Below are positions 1 through 18,650 of a stretch of 64,000 bases of DNA, in pieces. Made by a program: the position numbers and the translations under genes. Source of the stretch: the human T2T-CHM13v2.0 reference genome, Homo sapiens; NCBI RefSeq assembly GCF_009914755.1, contig NC_060942.1; one strand, given 5' to 3'. The notes below the pieces were generated by a model. It worked only from the letters and a program-made list of their open reading frames with translations, was not told the origin of the DNA and did no database searches. The first letter of the stretch is position 1. Each line of letters opens with the position of its first letter.

Positions 1-354
1 TTAACAAGAAATCAACATAAAATGGCTAGGACCAGCCATCTGCAGAAGCTAAGCACTTTGAACATGGTTGTAAATATGGTCCAGCAGCTTTGCCAAATAA
101 AATCAGGAAGCAAGAGGGCCTCTCAAGCTGATCAAGAGCCCAGAGAGCCGCGAGATTGTGGGCCAGTTGCATCCTTAGGACCGGAATACTTTTTTTGAAG
201 TGACCTATTTTATCACATTGTGACTGACTGCCTGATAGAAGGATGGTGCTGTGTATGGATTCTAGAACCTAGGGGAGGAAGCCACCAAGAGTAAATATTT
301 GTTGGTGTTTATTCTGTGCTGCATCTACTATGTTTGATAGGTCACAACATAAAT

Positions 355-470
355 AAAAGTCAACATTTACAAGACACTTACTATATGTGCCTGGCCAGAC
401 GTAAGTAAGTTTTACGTCCACTCACTCATTTAAACCTCACAAGCACATTATAAGATACATTTATCCATCA
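355..470 (-). mobile_element. MIR SINE fragment
   Basis: acatttac..acttactatatgtgcc..ctcatttaaacctcacaa resembles the antisense MIR 3' part. Confidence 0.5.
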
Positions 471-1567
471 GCCTCTTGTGAGTTTGGTTACTGGGAATCA
501 GCCCCCCAAAGCCTGATTTGCTCTGGAATATCTGATGATACTGAGTATCTGACCTTGCAAAGCTAAGGGTTTAGAATGTGGTGATGCGGCCAACATAGCT
601 ACCCTGAGGGTGCCAAGCTGAAACAGATGGCTGGACTCTCTTAAACCATAGTGATTACAAGAGATCATCTGTTCTAGCCCTTGAGTGACCCCGGCAGCTT
701 ATCAAAGTCATGTATTTATTGCAAGATGTGAGACTCCAAATACATGAAACCCAGATCTGAACAGAGACATGATATGTAGTTCAAATGGGCCAGTCTCTGT
801 GCAAACTCCAACAGCTTCCATGATACAAGCTTTACTTTCAAGGACCTGTAAATGGAAACAAGTCGGCCTTCCACTAAAGACAGGTGACATGTCTCAGACA
901 GCTTGTAGGGAGACAAAGCAGGTATGGGGTGGGGAATGCATTGGCAAGGATTCTAGCTGCCCAAGAAAGGACAGGAAACTTCCCTCCCAAAAAAGACATC
1001 TTGATGGAAGATTTGAAACTTGAGTCATTGACATAATGATAGCTTTCCCATAAAGTGTAAATATCTGAAAGGAGAGAATCATAATCATTCTGACACTGTG
1101 CAGCTTTCAGCCCAATCTCAGTCTGAGACAATAACTCCAAGACAACTGAATGCCCTGTGTCTTGTGAAACATCCCTCCTCTGCCCTCACATAATCCAAAA
1201 CGGCAGGGGCAGGAAAGGACTGGCATGTTGTTATTGCACCGAGATGAAAGTGCAGGCTAAGTGACTCTGATTTAGTAACAGACCCTTTATTATATAGCTC
1301 ACAAAAGTAAAGCCAGACCTAACAACTTTCTTTGACAGCAAAATATTTCTACCCTCTGCTAGACACCAATACTGACCTAGGAGGTATATGTTTATAGTAA
1401 CAAAAGTGTAAATTTTGGGTACTGAAGAGCAGATAAAACTTGCAAAACAGTTCATACTTAGGATCTGAAGGACAGTGAGACAGCCTTTCTATTCATTCAT
1501 CCAAATGTGTACATATGGATGAAGGAATGGAAACCCCAGGATGCTGCATGAACACAGACTTCAATGA

Positions 1568-1949
<382 letters not shown>

Positions 1950-3893
1950 AAAATATATTTCAACTAATCATTTTCTTTCTTGTCCATGTCTCATTGAAGT
2001 TTAGGTGGATGTAGTATCCTGGGGTCCCCACCCATTCATCCATTCACCACTAGCATGGTCATAGAGGACAAATCCCCTTTTTCCCTACCCCTCCACAATT
2101 AAATGAGGGAGATAAGATTGCACACAATAAGCACAGTATTTGTGGTGTTTTAGCTGAAGGATGTGTGGAGTGGTACAAAAAGGCAACTATTTCCAAGACT
2201 GTCTCCACACAGGAACAGCACAGTTCCAAGAACAATTCCAACTGTCTCTTTCAATCTAACCAAGCATGACGATCCCTCGGCACCCCAGTGTGATTGGAAC
2301 ATCTAATCCTTCGAGATCTCTACTATTGTGTGGACAGAGAACATCGATTAGCCTGACCAAAAGCTGCATCCGTAGTCGTTCTTATAATTTTTGTGATTTT
2401 CCTATTTCAATTATTTTAAGAAGCAGTTTTAGAAGAGCTGCAATGACAAATAGAATAGAAATTTGGATGCACCAGTGAAAATAGTTTGTAACCAGAAAAC
2501 ATGAGTTTTTAAAAATATTTTACATTCTTTAGATTTTTTTAACTGAGTATTAAAGAAATACAGCTCATTGCAGAAAATACAGCAAAGTATAATAGAAAAA
2601 AATGAATCACTAATAACCCTCCTCCCACTTTGGGTATGAACGACTTTTTCACCTAAGAGGTGGAACTAAATGAATCTTCCACAATCATAAAATATTGTAA
2701 AGTGTTCTGGTGTCTGCCCTTCATTCCAAGAGTTTCTCTTCCATAGTTACAAAGCCAACAACATTTACACTTCCTAGGTCAACCTTCATCTTGGGGAGAG
2801 TTAGTAGCCTGAATAAAGTGAATGTTCAAGATCCTGTAGGAGGCTTCTGCCCAGAAACATTCTTCCAATCTGCTCCCCAGAACCAGAACTCAAGAACAAC
2901 ACGTGTTATTTCACAGTTATATTTGGCTAAATGTAAATTTCCAACGCCTTAAACTCATTCACGCTAAAATGTAAATAATGACTGGTGTTTTCTGAGAGAA
3001 CCTGCTACTACAAGAAGAAGGGGGGACACCCCAGAACTCTAAGCATCTGAGTTTGGGAAGCAACTCACCATGGAGGAATGGTTCAGGAATGAGCCACTCT
3101 GATGCCACGCAACCCTTCTTGTTAGTGACTCTTTGAAAGCCTAAATGGGGCTTACTCTAACTTGAAACATGACGATTCTGTGAGCAAAAGCCACCTAGGG
3201 GCTGCTTGCTGTCGCCTGGGAAAGCTGGCCTGGGACACAAAAGTCAAATCACAGACATCATTTCCTTTCTACCTTCTTCTCCTTTGAAAATAGCCTCTTT
3301 TTTCCCATTTCCCAACTGTTAAAATTAATTAAAAATAGCAGTGAGACTATCAGGCCAAGTTGTCCATGTTCACACGAGAATTTCTCATCTTTCCGTAAGC
3401 ATCTAGTCTTCTCACAGTTTGTTTTCATATTTGACTTAGACATGACTTTGGGGTCATTGAACCCCGAATTGATTAAATCCCTTGAATTGTCTTTGAGAAG
3501 GAGTTTTCTGTGTGTTTATTAAATAAAATTATCTGGTGTCTTTCAGATTCCTCTGCAATGAACTAATTCCCTTGTTTCTTTGGAATTCTTTGATGTCCCA
3601 AGAGCTTCTGGAACACTTTACATGAGACTTTCTTAGGTTCTTCCTTAGAAACAGGAAGTTCACAAAAAGCCCCAAACATTTATTTTAGTTCCCAAAATTG
3701 GGATGGGAGATATCTGATGCATTCTAAAAATAGCAAAAGCCCCTCAAACATTGAATTTGATCTTTACCAAAAGAGTAATAGATTTAAATTGAGTCTGAAA
3801 TTTGTCCAAAACTCACGTAGTTGGATTTGGAGGCATTTTCAAACTCAACAATATTCTTGGCTCTGCTAATATTTTACCTGGGAAATTGCTTTA

Positions 3894-4250
<357 letters not shown>

Positions 4251-4307
4251 CATCTCTGGCAATAAAAACTCACCATCCTTTGAACCATCCTATTCTCTCA
4301 TTTATAA

Positions 4308-4984
<677 letters not shown>

Positions 4985-5360
4985 CTCTTGTTTTTTTAAA
5001 ATAATTTATTGAAGTAAAATTCACATAACATAAAATTAACTTTTTTAAAGAACAATTCAGCATTTAGTACATTCACAATCTTGTGCAATCACATCTATCT
5101 AGTTCTAAAACATTTCCATCACTACAAAGCAAAATCCAGTACTCACTAAGCAGTTTCTCATCATTCCCTTTTTCCCTTAGTCCCTGACAATAACAAATCT
5201 ATTTTTTATCTCTATAATCTATTATGGATATTTCGTGTAAATAAAATCATATAACATGTGGCCTTTTGCGTGTGGCTTCTTTCACTTAGCACAATGGTTT
5301 GAAAGTTTACCCACATTGTAGTATATGTCAATACTTCATTACCTCTTATGGATAAATAAT

Positions 5361-5706
5361 TGTATTAGTTTGTTTTCACACTGCTGATAAAGACATACCC
5401 GAAACTGGGAACAAAAAAAAGGTTTAATTACAGTTCCTTGTGGCTGGGGAGGCCTCAGAAGCATGGCAGGAGGTAAAGGCTCTTCTTACATGGTGGTGGC
5501 AAGAGAAAATGAGGAAGAAGCAAAGGCAGAAACCCCTGATAAACCCATTAGATCTTGTGAGTCTTCTTCACCATCATGAGATAGCAGGGGAAAGACCAGC
5601 CCCCATGATTCAGTTACCTCCCCCTTGGTCCCTCCCACAACATGTGGAATTCTGGGAGATAAAATTAAAGTTGAGGTTTCCATGGGGACACAGCCAAACC
5701 ATATCA
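5361..5706 (-). mobile_element. THE1 (THE1C-like) MaLR solo LTR
   Basis: tgtattagt..ctgctgataaagacataccc..ggggacacagccaaaccatatca; 5-bp TSD ATAAT at 5356-5360 and 5707-5711. Confidence 0.92.
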
Positions 5707-5730
5707 ATAATATTATACTGTATGTGTATA

Positions 5731-6384
<654 letters not shown>

Positions 6385-6782
6385 CACAACAATTTGCTGA
6401 TCCATTCATCCACTGACGGGCATCTGCCCTAATTCCACTTTTTAGCTATTGTAAATAGCGCTACTACTACCTGCATGTACATGGACTTGCTTGAGTCTCC
6501 ATTTTCAATTCTTTGTGATATATTCACAGGAGTAGAATTGATAGGTCATACTGTAACCAAGGACTCCCATTTTTCTACAGGTGGTTTAATTATTCTTTTT
6601 TCCTTCTCTCTCTCTCTTCTTTTCTCCTTTCCCCAGCTCCCTATGTCCTACTGAGCCCTTCAAAAATGCAAACATAACCTTTCACCTCTCCCCTCACCAG
6701 ACATTCCACACAGGGCAAATTATTCTGTGTTCTCCAAGACAGATCTCCCCTCCAGAGCTGACAGTCGACTTTCAGACCAAAG

Positions 6783-7225
6783 TGAAACTGACCCAATAGT
6801 CCCATAAACAGTTTTTTTGGATAAACATAGAAATTGACCCTTCTGGTCTTAAAGCTTGAAACTTAGGTTTGTTTTATCTGAGTTCCTTCCTCAGAAAAGG
6901 ACTGGCAGAACTCTCAAAATGTATCAAAGAGCTGAAACTCACCAGATCATCTTATCTAGACAATGGGGCTCCAGTCCCCTCATTAATCATAATTGCTTCC
7001 TTACCCCTCCAGAATTCCTGTTTTCTCGCACATTGTTACATTTCTTCCCTGCTGTATAAACCCCTAATTTTAGTGGGTCAGGGAGATGGATTTGAGACTG
7101 AGCTACCATCGGCCACAGCACCCGATTAAAGCCTTCTCTCTTAGCAATACTTGTTGTCTCAGTCATTGGCTTCCCGTGTAGGAGGCCAGCAGGACCGAGA
7201 CCAAATCGTTGGTGTTTTGGAAACA
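6783..7225 (+). mobile_element. LTR26-like ERV1 solo LTR
   Basis: tgaaactgacccaatagtcccata..tataaa..attaaa..ggtgttttggaaaca; 4-bp TSD AAAG at 6779-6782 and 7226-7229. Confidence 0.8.
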
Positions 7226-7237
7226 AAAGTATACCAT

Positions 7238-7535
7238 GGCTAGGTGCGGTGGCTTATGTCTGTAATCCCAGTACTTTGGGAGGCCAAGGCAGGCAGATCA
7301 CAAGGTCATGAGTTGGAGACCATCCTGGCCAATATGGTGAAACCCTGTCTCTACTAAAAATATAAAAATTAGCCGGGTGTGGTGGTGGACACCTGTAATT
7401 CCAGCTACTCAGGAGGCCGAGACAGGAGAATCACTTGAACTTGGGAGGTAGAGGTTGCAGTGAGCTGAGATTGTGCCACTGTACTCCAGCCTGGGCAACA
7501 GAGTGAGACTTTGTCTCAGAAAGAAAGAAAACAAA
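7238..7535 (+). mobile_element. AluS (Sc/Sg-like)
   Basis: Full dimer; TSD-like acaaaagtatacc/acaaaagcatacc. Confidence 0.95.
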
Positions 7536-8058
7536 AGCATACCTGCCATGAAACTTTCACTGTCAGGGGGTTGCCTTGGAACTTTAATCCACCAAGAGGG
7601 CATATGGAAAGCATGCCCACTTGGCCACTTTCACAACTTACTTCTACCCAGGAAGGCACCAGCTCAACTGCCCCCATAAATAAGATGCCAAGTTAGGGGA
7701 ACCCCTGCCCTTGCTCGTGTCTTCCCTTGCCTTATCAAAAATACCTGCTTTCTGCTCTAAAAGCAAAGTGGCACATTTAACGGCAGGACACTCTGTGCCC
7801 CTTCTCCAAGCTAGCTTCGGAAAAAATTCACTTTTTTTGTGTCAGATCTCACTCGTGTTAACGAGACTGCACATTCAGAGAGCCACTAACTAGCATTTCG
7901 TTTACAATTTGGTAATTCTATGTTTAAATTTTGAGGACATGCCGAACTGTTTTCTACAGAGGTTGCACCATTTTATATCCCCTCCAGCAACATAATGAGG
8001 GTTCCAATTTCTCCACATGCTTGCCAACACCTATTTTCCTGTTTTTAAAAAAATTGTT

Positions 8059-8850
<792 letters not shown>

Positions 8851-9014
8851 TAAATTTGCTTTTCTTTTTAATTTGTCATTTTATGTCACAGCTCCCCAAC
8901 ATAAGACCAAATAATATTGCTGCAAACTAGGGTGAGTCAGCTTATTTTTAGTCTTAAATTTCCTTATCTATAAAAAAGATAGGGTCATTGATTTTCAAGT
9001 TGTCTTTTGGCTGT

Positions 9015-9370
<356 letters not shown>

Positions 9371-9919
9371 TGAGTATTTTGCAGTTTATACTTTTTTATG
9401 CAGTCTATAACTTGCCCAGCTTTCTTCTGGCTTAAATTAATGGTTTCTTTCACAACTCTTTTTGATTTATTCATCATATAATCAGGGAACGGTAGCCCAT
9501 TCCTAGCTCGTGTTGTTCTTTCTCTGTACTGAGCTGCAGTGATTTAGTGGGATTTTCCTAAGAAGGTATGAACAAACTATCAAGTGGAAATTCCTGGCTC
9601 TTGTAGAGAGGAAAAAGGAATCCTGTTAAAGCCGAATGGCGTCATTGATGATTTCTTGAACAGACAGCTGCGTCCAACTTAAGACCAAGTCCTCCTCCTC
9701 GTTCCTCAACCTGGAAAGGCAGGGCCAGGAAGAAAACAGACAGGAAAGGAGCGAGAGAGATCAGATTATCTAATAGTACCTCACAAAAGGAATTCCTGAA
9801 ACAGAAAGCTTTTACTAATAACTTGTTCACTCCATTAGAAGGTTGTGAGGACAAACAAGATAATTATAAAAGACTTTCATCTGATATCTCTGCCAAATGT
9901 TGGGTATGGATGGATCCCC

Positions 9920-10047
9920 AGGGATCAGTGTAGCCCAGCGTCTCATTTTCAAAATGAAGACACAGAAGTTGTGCCTTGCCCATATTCACAGAGAGAATTG
10001 GTTGCAGAACACAGATGGGGCCCAGGTGTCCCAACTCTAATCCAGGG
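9920..10047 (-). mobile_element. MIR fragment
   Basis: ctcattttcaaaatgaagacacaga..ttgcccatattcacag resembles the antisense MIR core. Confidence 0.45.
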
Positions 10048-10246
10048 GAAAGAAGTCCCAGGGCAGCATCTGCTCTGGAGAGCCAAGGCAAGGGTTCTGA
10101 CCAGCTTGACTAGGAACTCCTCAGGGTGAAATGCATAAGCCAGCAAGGAAGCATGGGGGAATGTTCTGCTGTTTTGCCCATCTGATACCAGAGTAAATAT
10201 TGATTGCTATGGTCAGGAAAGACCGGCCTGGTCCTTATGTAACTGT

Positions 10247-10927
10247 TGTTAAAAGAAAAACTTCAGGACCAGGCATGGTAGCTCACGCCTATAATGCCAG
10301 CACTTTGGGAGGCCGAGGCAGGCAGATCACCTGAGGTTTGAGACCAGCTTGGTCAATATGGTGAAAACTCATCTCGACTAAAAATACAAAAATTAGCCAG
10401 GCATGGTGGTGGGCACCTGTAATCCCAGCTACTCTGGAAGCTGAGGCAGGAGAATCGCTTGAACCGTGGGAGGCAGAGGCTGCAGTGAGACGAGATTGTG
10501 CTACTGCACTCCAGCCTGGGTGACAGAGCAAGACTCCGTCTTTAAAAAAAAAAAAGAAAAACTTCAGACAAATGCAATATAACAGAGTTTATTTGAGCAA
10601 TGAACAATTGGTGAATTGGGTAATCTCCCAGATCAGAATAGGTTCAGAGAGACTCTGATGTTGCTGCATGGTTGGACAGGATTTAAGAACAAGAAAAGGA
10701 AAGTGATGTACAGGAAACGGAGGTGAGGTGTAGAAAGAGCCAGATTGGTTACAGCTTGGAGTTTGCCTTATTTGAACGGTTGGCTGCCTGTGATTGGCTG
10801 AAACTCGGTGGTTGGTATAAGAGTACATTACAGTCTGTTTACTCATCCAATTAGGTTACAGTTCACTATGCATGAAGAAACTTTTAGGCTAGACTTACAA
10901 GGAAACAGCTTCAAACTAAATTTAACA
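10247..10927 (-). mobile_element. MER57-family ERV1 solo LTR containing an AluS (+, 10266-10560)
   Basis: tgttaaaagaaaaacttcag..gattggttacagc..aaactaaatttaaca; TSD CTGT at 10243-46 and 10928-31; Alu TSD aaaagaaaaacttcag. Confidence 0.85.
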
Positions 10928-10954
10928 CTGTTAAAAAAAAACCTGCCCATTTCT

Positions 10955-11447
<493 letters not shown>

Positions 11448-11555
11448 TAAACAGGCTATTTCCTCTGCTGGAAACCTCAGGTCCTATTCTTTGGCCAACT
11501 TCTATAAATCTCTCCAGTCCCAAGTCAGGTACCACTTCCCCAGGAAGCCTTCCCT

Positions 11556-12188
11556 TGAAACCGCCTTTGCAAAAATTGTAACAGTGAGAAAATCATGACA
11601 GTGAAAGAGATCGGATCTAACCAACCCCATCTTGCCTTTAACCTCCAAATTGCCCTAAATCATTCCTGAGCTCACGCCAAACTAACTGTGGGAGACATTT
11701 AGTTTATAGTTTAAATGATAACAGCCCTTTCCCCATACCGAACCACCTTCGTAAAGCTAATGAAAGGCCGCCAGGTTAGTAGGAGGAGAGGACCCTGAAT
11801 CCTGCTAAGGTGTAGACATAAACGACTGCCAGCCACTATTCTGCAGGTCACAAGATTTGCAACTTCCCCAATTACTCCTGCAGGTAACATCACTATTTTA
11901 AAACTTAAAATTGGCCTTTTGAAATGTCTTTTCAGGACCAGTGGCTCCACCCAGACCCACCAAGGGGTCCTGTGGCCCCACCTAGAATAAGATTCCCTGG
12001 CCTGTCAAACTATCCTTGAAAAACCTTGGCCTCCAAATCTTCAGGGAGATTGATTTGAATAATAACTTCATCTCCCACGTGGTGTGGCCGGCCTCATGTC
12101 AATTAAACTCTGTCTTTATTGCAACGCCATGGTCTCCGTGAATTGGTTTTGTCTGCAGTGGGCAGGAAGAACCCATGGGGTGGTTGCG
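11556..12188 (+). mobile_element. LTR8-family ERV1 solo LTR
   Basis: Begins tgaaaccgcctttgcaaaa; ends gaagaacccatggggtggttgcg; TSD CCCT at 11552-55 and 12189-92. Confidence 0.88.
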
Positions 12189-12269
12189 CCCTGACCCATG
12201 CCCTGCCTTCCTTTAACCATAGCGTTTATCATATCTAACATGCTTTTCCATGTGCTTGTCTTCCTTCAC

Positions 12270-13227
<958 letters not shown>

Positions 13228-13530
13228 TCATTCTCTGGTTTTTCTTTCCTCTTCTTAGACTGTCTTTTCTCTAACCCTTTCATTGACTCCTCCTCTACCT
13301 GCTCCTTAAATGACTGTATTTGCCAAGGTACAGTATTTTCTCCACTGTAAGCTCATCAGTTCCTATTTCTTGAACTATCATAAGCCAGTGGGTCGACTTC
13401 TCTCCCAGCCCCCAGCCCTGTGTTTTCTGTGGCCCACTGACTGGATGTTTTTGTATTGCTGTCACCTAGCACCTCAAACTTAACCTATCAAAGCCTCATT
13501 TTGTTATGCCCCTGGCCAAAGTTGTCCTCC

Positions 13531-14127
13531 TGAGTAGGGAGGAACTTGGCCTCTGTCCCCACTAAGGAGACAGAGTAGGGACAGGACTCAGCCCCCACCT
13601 CTAACACACTTTTTTCTATACCCTCCTATTACCAGATCTTATATCACCTCCTATCATTGGTGCCATCCCCACTGACTGCAAAACCTTGAAGGAACGAAGA
13701 TAAACAGCATCCCACAGTCAATCTTACTCACGGGAGTTAACCCTATCGACCGCATGTGCACAAGACCAGACGAATGACCAACCTTTACCCCTTGCCTCAT
13801 CATAATACTAAAATCCCCACCCGGGAAGGGACTTTGCTGCCATTTTGTGATCCTGCGGTGCGGGTACTAACCTGCTTGCTCACTGCACCTGTGCGCCCTG
13901 CGCTCCACTCTGCACATGTCACGACACTCACATAGCTCATGTAGATGCCTGTCAACCTTCCTAGAAACACCAGACATACCCTGGGGAGCCAGCCAGAGAA
14001 CTCTCCCTCCAGTGCTGTATCCCTTGTGTTCAAATATAAACCTGGAATAAAGTCTTGTCTGGGGAACTTGCTTGGCCTTGTGTCAACTTCTGTTGCATGG
14101 GGGCCCAAGAACCTGCGGTCGGTGACA
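13531..14127 (+). mobile_element. ERV1 solo LTR (MER66-like)
   Basis: TG..CA ends; gagacagagtagggac motif; AATAAA near 14046; TSD CTCC at 13527-30 and 14128-31. Confidence 0.75.
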
Positions 14128-14424
14128 CTCCTCCTGTGTTCTTGCCTCCGTTAAATGGTTCCCACAGCTCAGTCTCCCAAGGAGAATCATGCGTATGACC
14201 CTTGATGCCTCCCCTCCCTGAGTTTTCACATCCCACCAGTCACGAAATCCTGGTGATGCCACCTCAACCATTGCACTTCAGTTGTCCCTTCCACCACCTA
14301 CCATAGAGGAGACCCTGGAGTCCACAGATGAATTAGGAAGACAGCCTCCTGACTGCTTTTCCTCCACAAATCTATCCCCACACCACAGCATTCTCAAAAC
14401 ATATGTACTGCCAAAGTGAGCTTC

Positions 14425-14731
14425 TTTTTTTTTTTTTTTTTTTTTTTTTTTGAGACAGAGTCTTGCTCTTTTGCCCAGGCTGGAGTGCAGTGGCACAATG
14501 TTGGCTCACTGCAACCTCTACCTCCCAGGTTCAAGCAGTTCTCCTGCCTCAGCCCCCAACAGCTGGGATTACAGGTGCCCCCCACCGCACCCGGCTAATT
14601 TTTGTATTTTTAGTAGAGACAGGGTTTCATCATGTTGGTCAGGCTGGTCTGGAACTCCTGACCTCAGGTGATCCACCGGCCTCGCCCACCCAAAATGCTG
14701 GGATTACAGGCATAAGCCACCTCTCCTGGCC
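14425..14731 (-). mobile_element. AluSx-like
   Basis: Full antisense dimer; TSD agtgagcttct. Confidence 0.95.
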
Positions 14732-15684
14732 CAGAGTGAGCTTCTTACATATCAATTCCACCTCCATCCAGTCTCTCTGGCTCCCTGCCTCTGGGCACAT
14801 TGCAGGCTCTGAAGCTGCACACAAGACCCCTCCCAGTCAGCCCACATCCTCCCCAGGCACCGTTTGCTACACACACACGTGGTTTCTCACCACTTCCTGG
14901 ATGTCTTGTAGTCTTTCATGACTCTGGGCCTTTACATATGTGGTTGTCTTTATTTTGCCCTTCCTCTCACCCCTTGAACTCTTCTCTAGGTGGGAAATCA
15001 CATTGTCTAGTGGGATTTCGCCAGTCCTCTGGCAGACAGAGTCATTACCTCCCCTACCACCATTCCTGGCTTTCTGCATGCACCTGCAAAAATGAGCCTT
15101 AACCATTTTTAGACATTTCTCCCCAGTTATGTGTGAATTCCCCAAGAGCAGGGGCCATGCTTTATTTACCTGTGTATTCTTAATAATTGATACAGTGACT
15201 AGCAAAAGAAGTGCCTTGAACGTGAATGTCCAAGTCACCTGGGTTTTTTGGCCTAAAGCAGGCATCACTGCTGTAGAGGTTAAAGGAGCAAAAGAGACGG
15301 GACAGGAGCACAGAGGGAGGGGCAATGGTGTGTCTTCTTGGCTAGGAAGGAAAAGCAAACATATTGAATACCTACTTTATATACCAGCTGAGGATCAGCT
15401 ATCTGTCCACTACTTTACATATGAAACATAACCTCATATGAAACCCATCCTGGCCTGACACTGATCATATTCGCGGAAGGGAGAGGGGGTGGTTGGATGG
15501 TGGTAGCAGCTGGAAGAGAGGAGACGACAGCGGCTGGGATGAAGGCAGCGTGTGGTGAAATTACCAGCACCCTGGTCGTGCTCTGCTGAAGCAACCGTCA
15601 CCAAGCCAAAGCCCCGTCTCAGTCTGGGCAGGACACACGAATATGCCCTTCCTGGCCAAAATCTCCTGGAAAGTATGTCATAAG

Positions 15685-15845
15685 GGAAGCAGCATGGGCT
15701 TCAGAGCCATGGAGACTGGGGTTCAAATCCCCCCTCAGCCATTGCTAGCTATGTGACCTCAAGCAAGTTACTTAGCCTTTCTGATCTTCAGACTCCTCTC
15801 TTGAAAAGGAAAGAAAAATACTTATTTCACAGGATTCATTCCCGG
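15685..15845 (+). mobile_element. MIR
   Basis: gggttcaaatccc..ctagctatgtgacctcaagcaagttacttagcc MIR core. Confidence 0.8.
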
Positions 15846-15923
15846 AGAAGATATTTTTTCAGTCCTCATTTGTGCCACCTTCATCTAGTCAATGGGAATA
15901 TAGTGGCTTCAAATATAATAGGT

Positions 15924-16236
15924 ACTTTGGGGAGGCCAAGGCAGGCGGATCTCTTGAGGCCAGGAGTTTGAGACCAACTTGGGCAACATGGCAAGACTCT
16001 GTCTCTATGGAAATTTTTAAAAATTAAAAATTAGACAGGCATAATGGCACATGCCTGTAGTCCTAGCTACTCAGGAGGCCAAGGCAGGAGGATCATTTGA
16101 GTTCAGGAGTTCAATCCTGCAGTGAGCTATGATCAGACCACTGCACTCCATCCTGGGAAACAGGGCGAGATCCTGACTCAAAATATACTATACACAGACA
16201 CAACACACGCACACACACACACACACATACACACAC
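15924..16236 (+). mobile_element. 5'-truncated AluJ followed by an imperfect (CA)n
   Basis: J diagnostics (gagctatgatc, ggaggatca); CA repeat at ~16190-16236. Confidence 0.9.
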
Positions 16237-16397
16237 GTAAAGTAGGTACTTAATAAATATTAGTTTCCTTCCTTTCTGCTATTTATACTCTGGGCAAAAC
16301 ACAGAATCCTTAGAGAAGTCCTCTACACTTTTTTTTTCCTCCAATGTACATTATTTTATCCTCCAAGTAAGATTATCTAATAATAATACTAAGACCT

Positions 16398-16705
16398 AGC
16401 CAGATGCAGTGGTTCACGCCTGTAATTCCAGCACTTTCGGGGGCTGAGGTGGGAGGATGGCTTGAGCTCAGGTGTTTGAGACCAGCCTGGGCAACATGCT
16501 GAAACCTTGCCTCTACAAAAATAGAAAACTGAGCCGGGTGAGGTGGTGCACACCTGTAGACCCAGCTACTGAGGGGGACGGGTTGGGGGCTGAGGTGGGA
16601 GGATCACTTGAACCCAGGAAGCGGAGGTTGCAGTGAGCTGAGATCGTACCACTGCACTCCAGCCTGGGCAACAGAGCAAAATTCTGTCTCAGAAAAAAAA
16701 AAAAA
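16398..16705 (+). mobile_element. AluJb-like
   Basis: Full dimer; TSD taagaccta. Confidence 0.93.
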
Positions 16706-16714
16706 CCCTAAGAC

Positions 16715-17165
16715 CTAACATTTCCCAGGTACTTACCATGTGCTAGGAACTATTCAGTACGTATATATTTGTATATTTAATAATTTAATGCTCACAACTC
16801 AGTGAGGCTGGGTTTCCCAAATAAGGAAATGAAGGTGCAGAGAAGTGAAGAAATATGTCAAGGTCACACAGCCAGTAGATGAGGGAGCTAGGATTTGAAC
16901 CTGGGCACCCTGGCTTGAGTCCACACTCTGAACCAATAGAAACCAGTACATCAGAGATCACATAGTTCAGCCCCTGTGGATGATACATTTGCTGAGCTAC
17001 CTCTCTTTCCCAACCTTTCTTTTTGTTTTCTTATCTCCTCTCATCTCTTCTTTTCTTCTCAGTTGAGGAAACTGAAAGCCACGTTGGACAATGTTAGGTG
17101 ACATGCTCAGAATGACATAGCTACTTCTGGCATTTATTCTGACTCCTATCCCAGGCCTTTTCCAT
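16715..17165 (-). mobile_element. Two MIR fragments (~16715-16935, ~17050-17165)
   Basis: aaggtcacacagccagt..ggatttgaacc; tgaggaaactgaa. Confidence 0.7.
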
Positions 17166-17894
17166 GGCAGCATGGACCAATATGAAGGCAAATGGCTAAA
17201 ATTAATTTTTTTAAGTAAATATTTTATATTATCTTATCCTCCTAGTTGTAATAATCATTTGAAGGTATCAGATCTGATAACAAAATATTTACATTAGATA
17301 CCATAGTGTTTCTTTTTGTTTAATTAATACCAATTTGAAATGTGTTCTTTGTTTTTGCTAGTGTTGTTTGAATTTCTGCCCCCATAAATATTTGTGCCGT
17401 TGTCTTAGTTTCAATTAGCATTTGGTGTTTTCCTTGGACTGGTTTTTGTGATGGGATGGGGGTGGAGTATTCACAGCCTGATATGCCTTCTGTGAAACTC
17501 TGCATCCCGAAACCACATAGCGCAGTGCAGGAGACGACATCGATGTACAGTCAAAACAAGACTGGGAGTGCCCTGTGAGCCAGGCAGTGCTGCGTCTCAG
17601 CTGCAGAGTGACCCTGAAGCTCAGGACACCCGGAGGCAGTCATCACACGGAGGAACACTGAAAAAACAAGCCCTCCCCTGAACCTTCCAGAACTTTGCTC
17701 TGAACTGACACAAGGTGACCACCATCCAGAACCTAATTCCAGGGAAGAACACTTTTATGAGAGTCAACAGGTGTCATTGAGAAATCTGGATATAAGTTCA
17801 TAGAGGGTGGTGGAGGAGAGAAATAAGACATTGTAAACCAAAGGCCCTTGCAGATAGAAGGATTTCCAAGTGCTCCTATATGTCAATGAACTCC

Positions 17895-18012
17895 TTTGAG
17901 TTTTTATTTCCCCATCTGTAAAATGGGACTACTAATACTCATCCTGATGATCACCAGGGACCAAATGAGGAAGTTATGTAAATGAGATCAGTTTAAAAAC
18001 TATAAAGTGCTC
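17895..18012 (+). mobile_element. MIR fragment
   Basis: tttccccatctgtaaaatggga..aaatgagat..taaagtgct. Confidence 0.7.
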
Positions 18013-18164
18013 TGGGAATACGACTGCTATTCTGTAATACATGTATGTATGTACTGTATGTATGAAGTGGAGTTTCAGCAGCATGACATGGACAACAGTG
18101 ATTTCCACTAAAACACATGAGAAAGAATATACAATTCATGATAAATTTCAAGTGACTGTTGCAT

Positions 18165-18650
<486 letters not shown>

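Larger units (their letters stand above)
6552..7906 (+). mobile_element. ERV1-class solo LTR (family uncertain), host of LTR26-like and Alu insertions
   Basis: TG..CA ends (tgtaacc..tttcgtttaca); interrupts the L1 exactly at ggtcata/ggtaatt. Confidence 0.6.

Noticed and set aside
14400-14421. catatgtactgccaaagtgagc resembles the antisense 5' end of U6 snRNA (18/22)
   Set aside because: Too short, no continuation or own TSD, and equally explained by the surrounding L2 motif (cagccagagtgatct)
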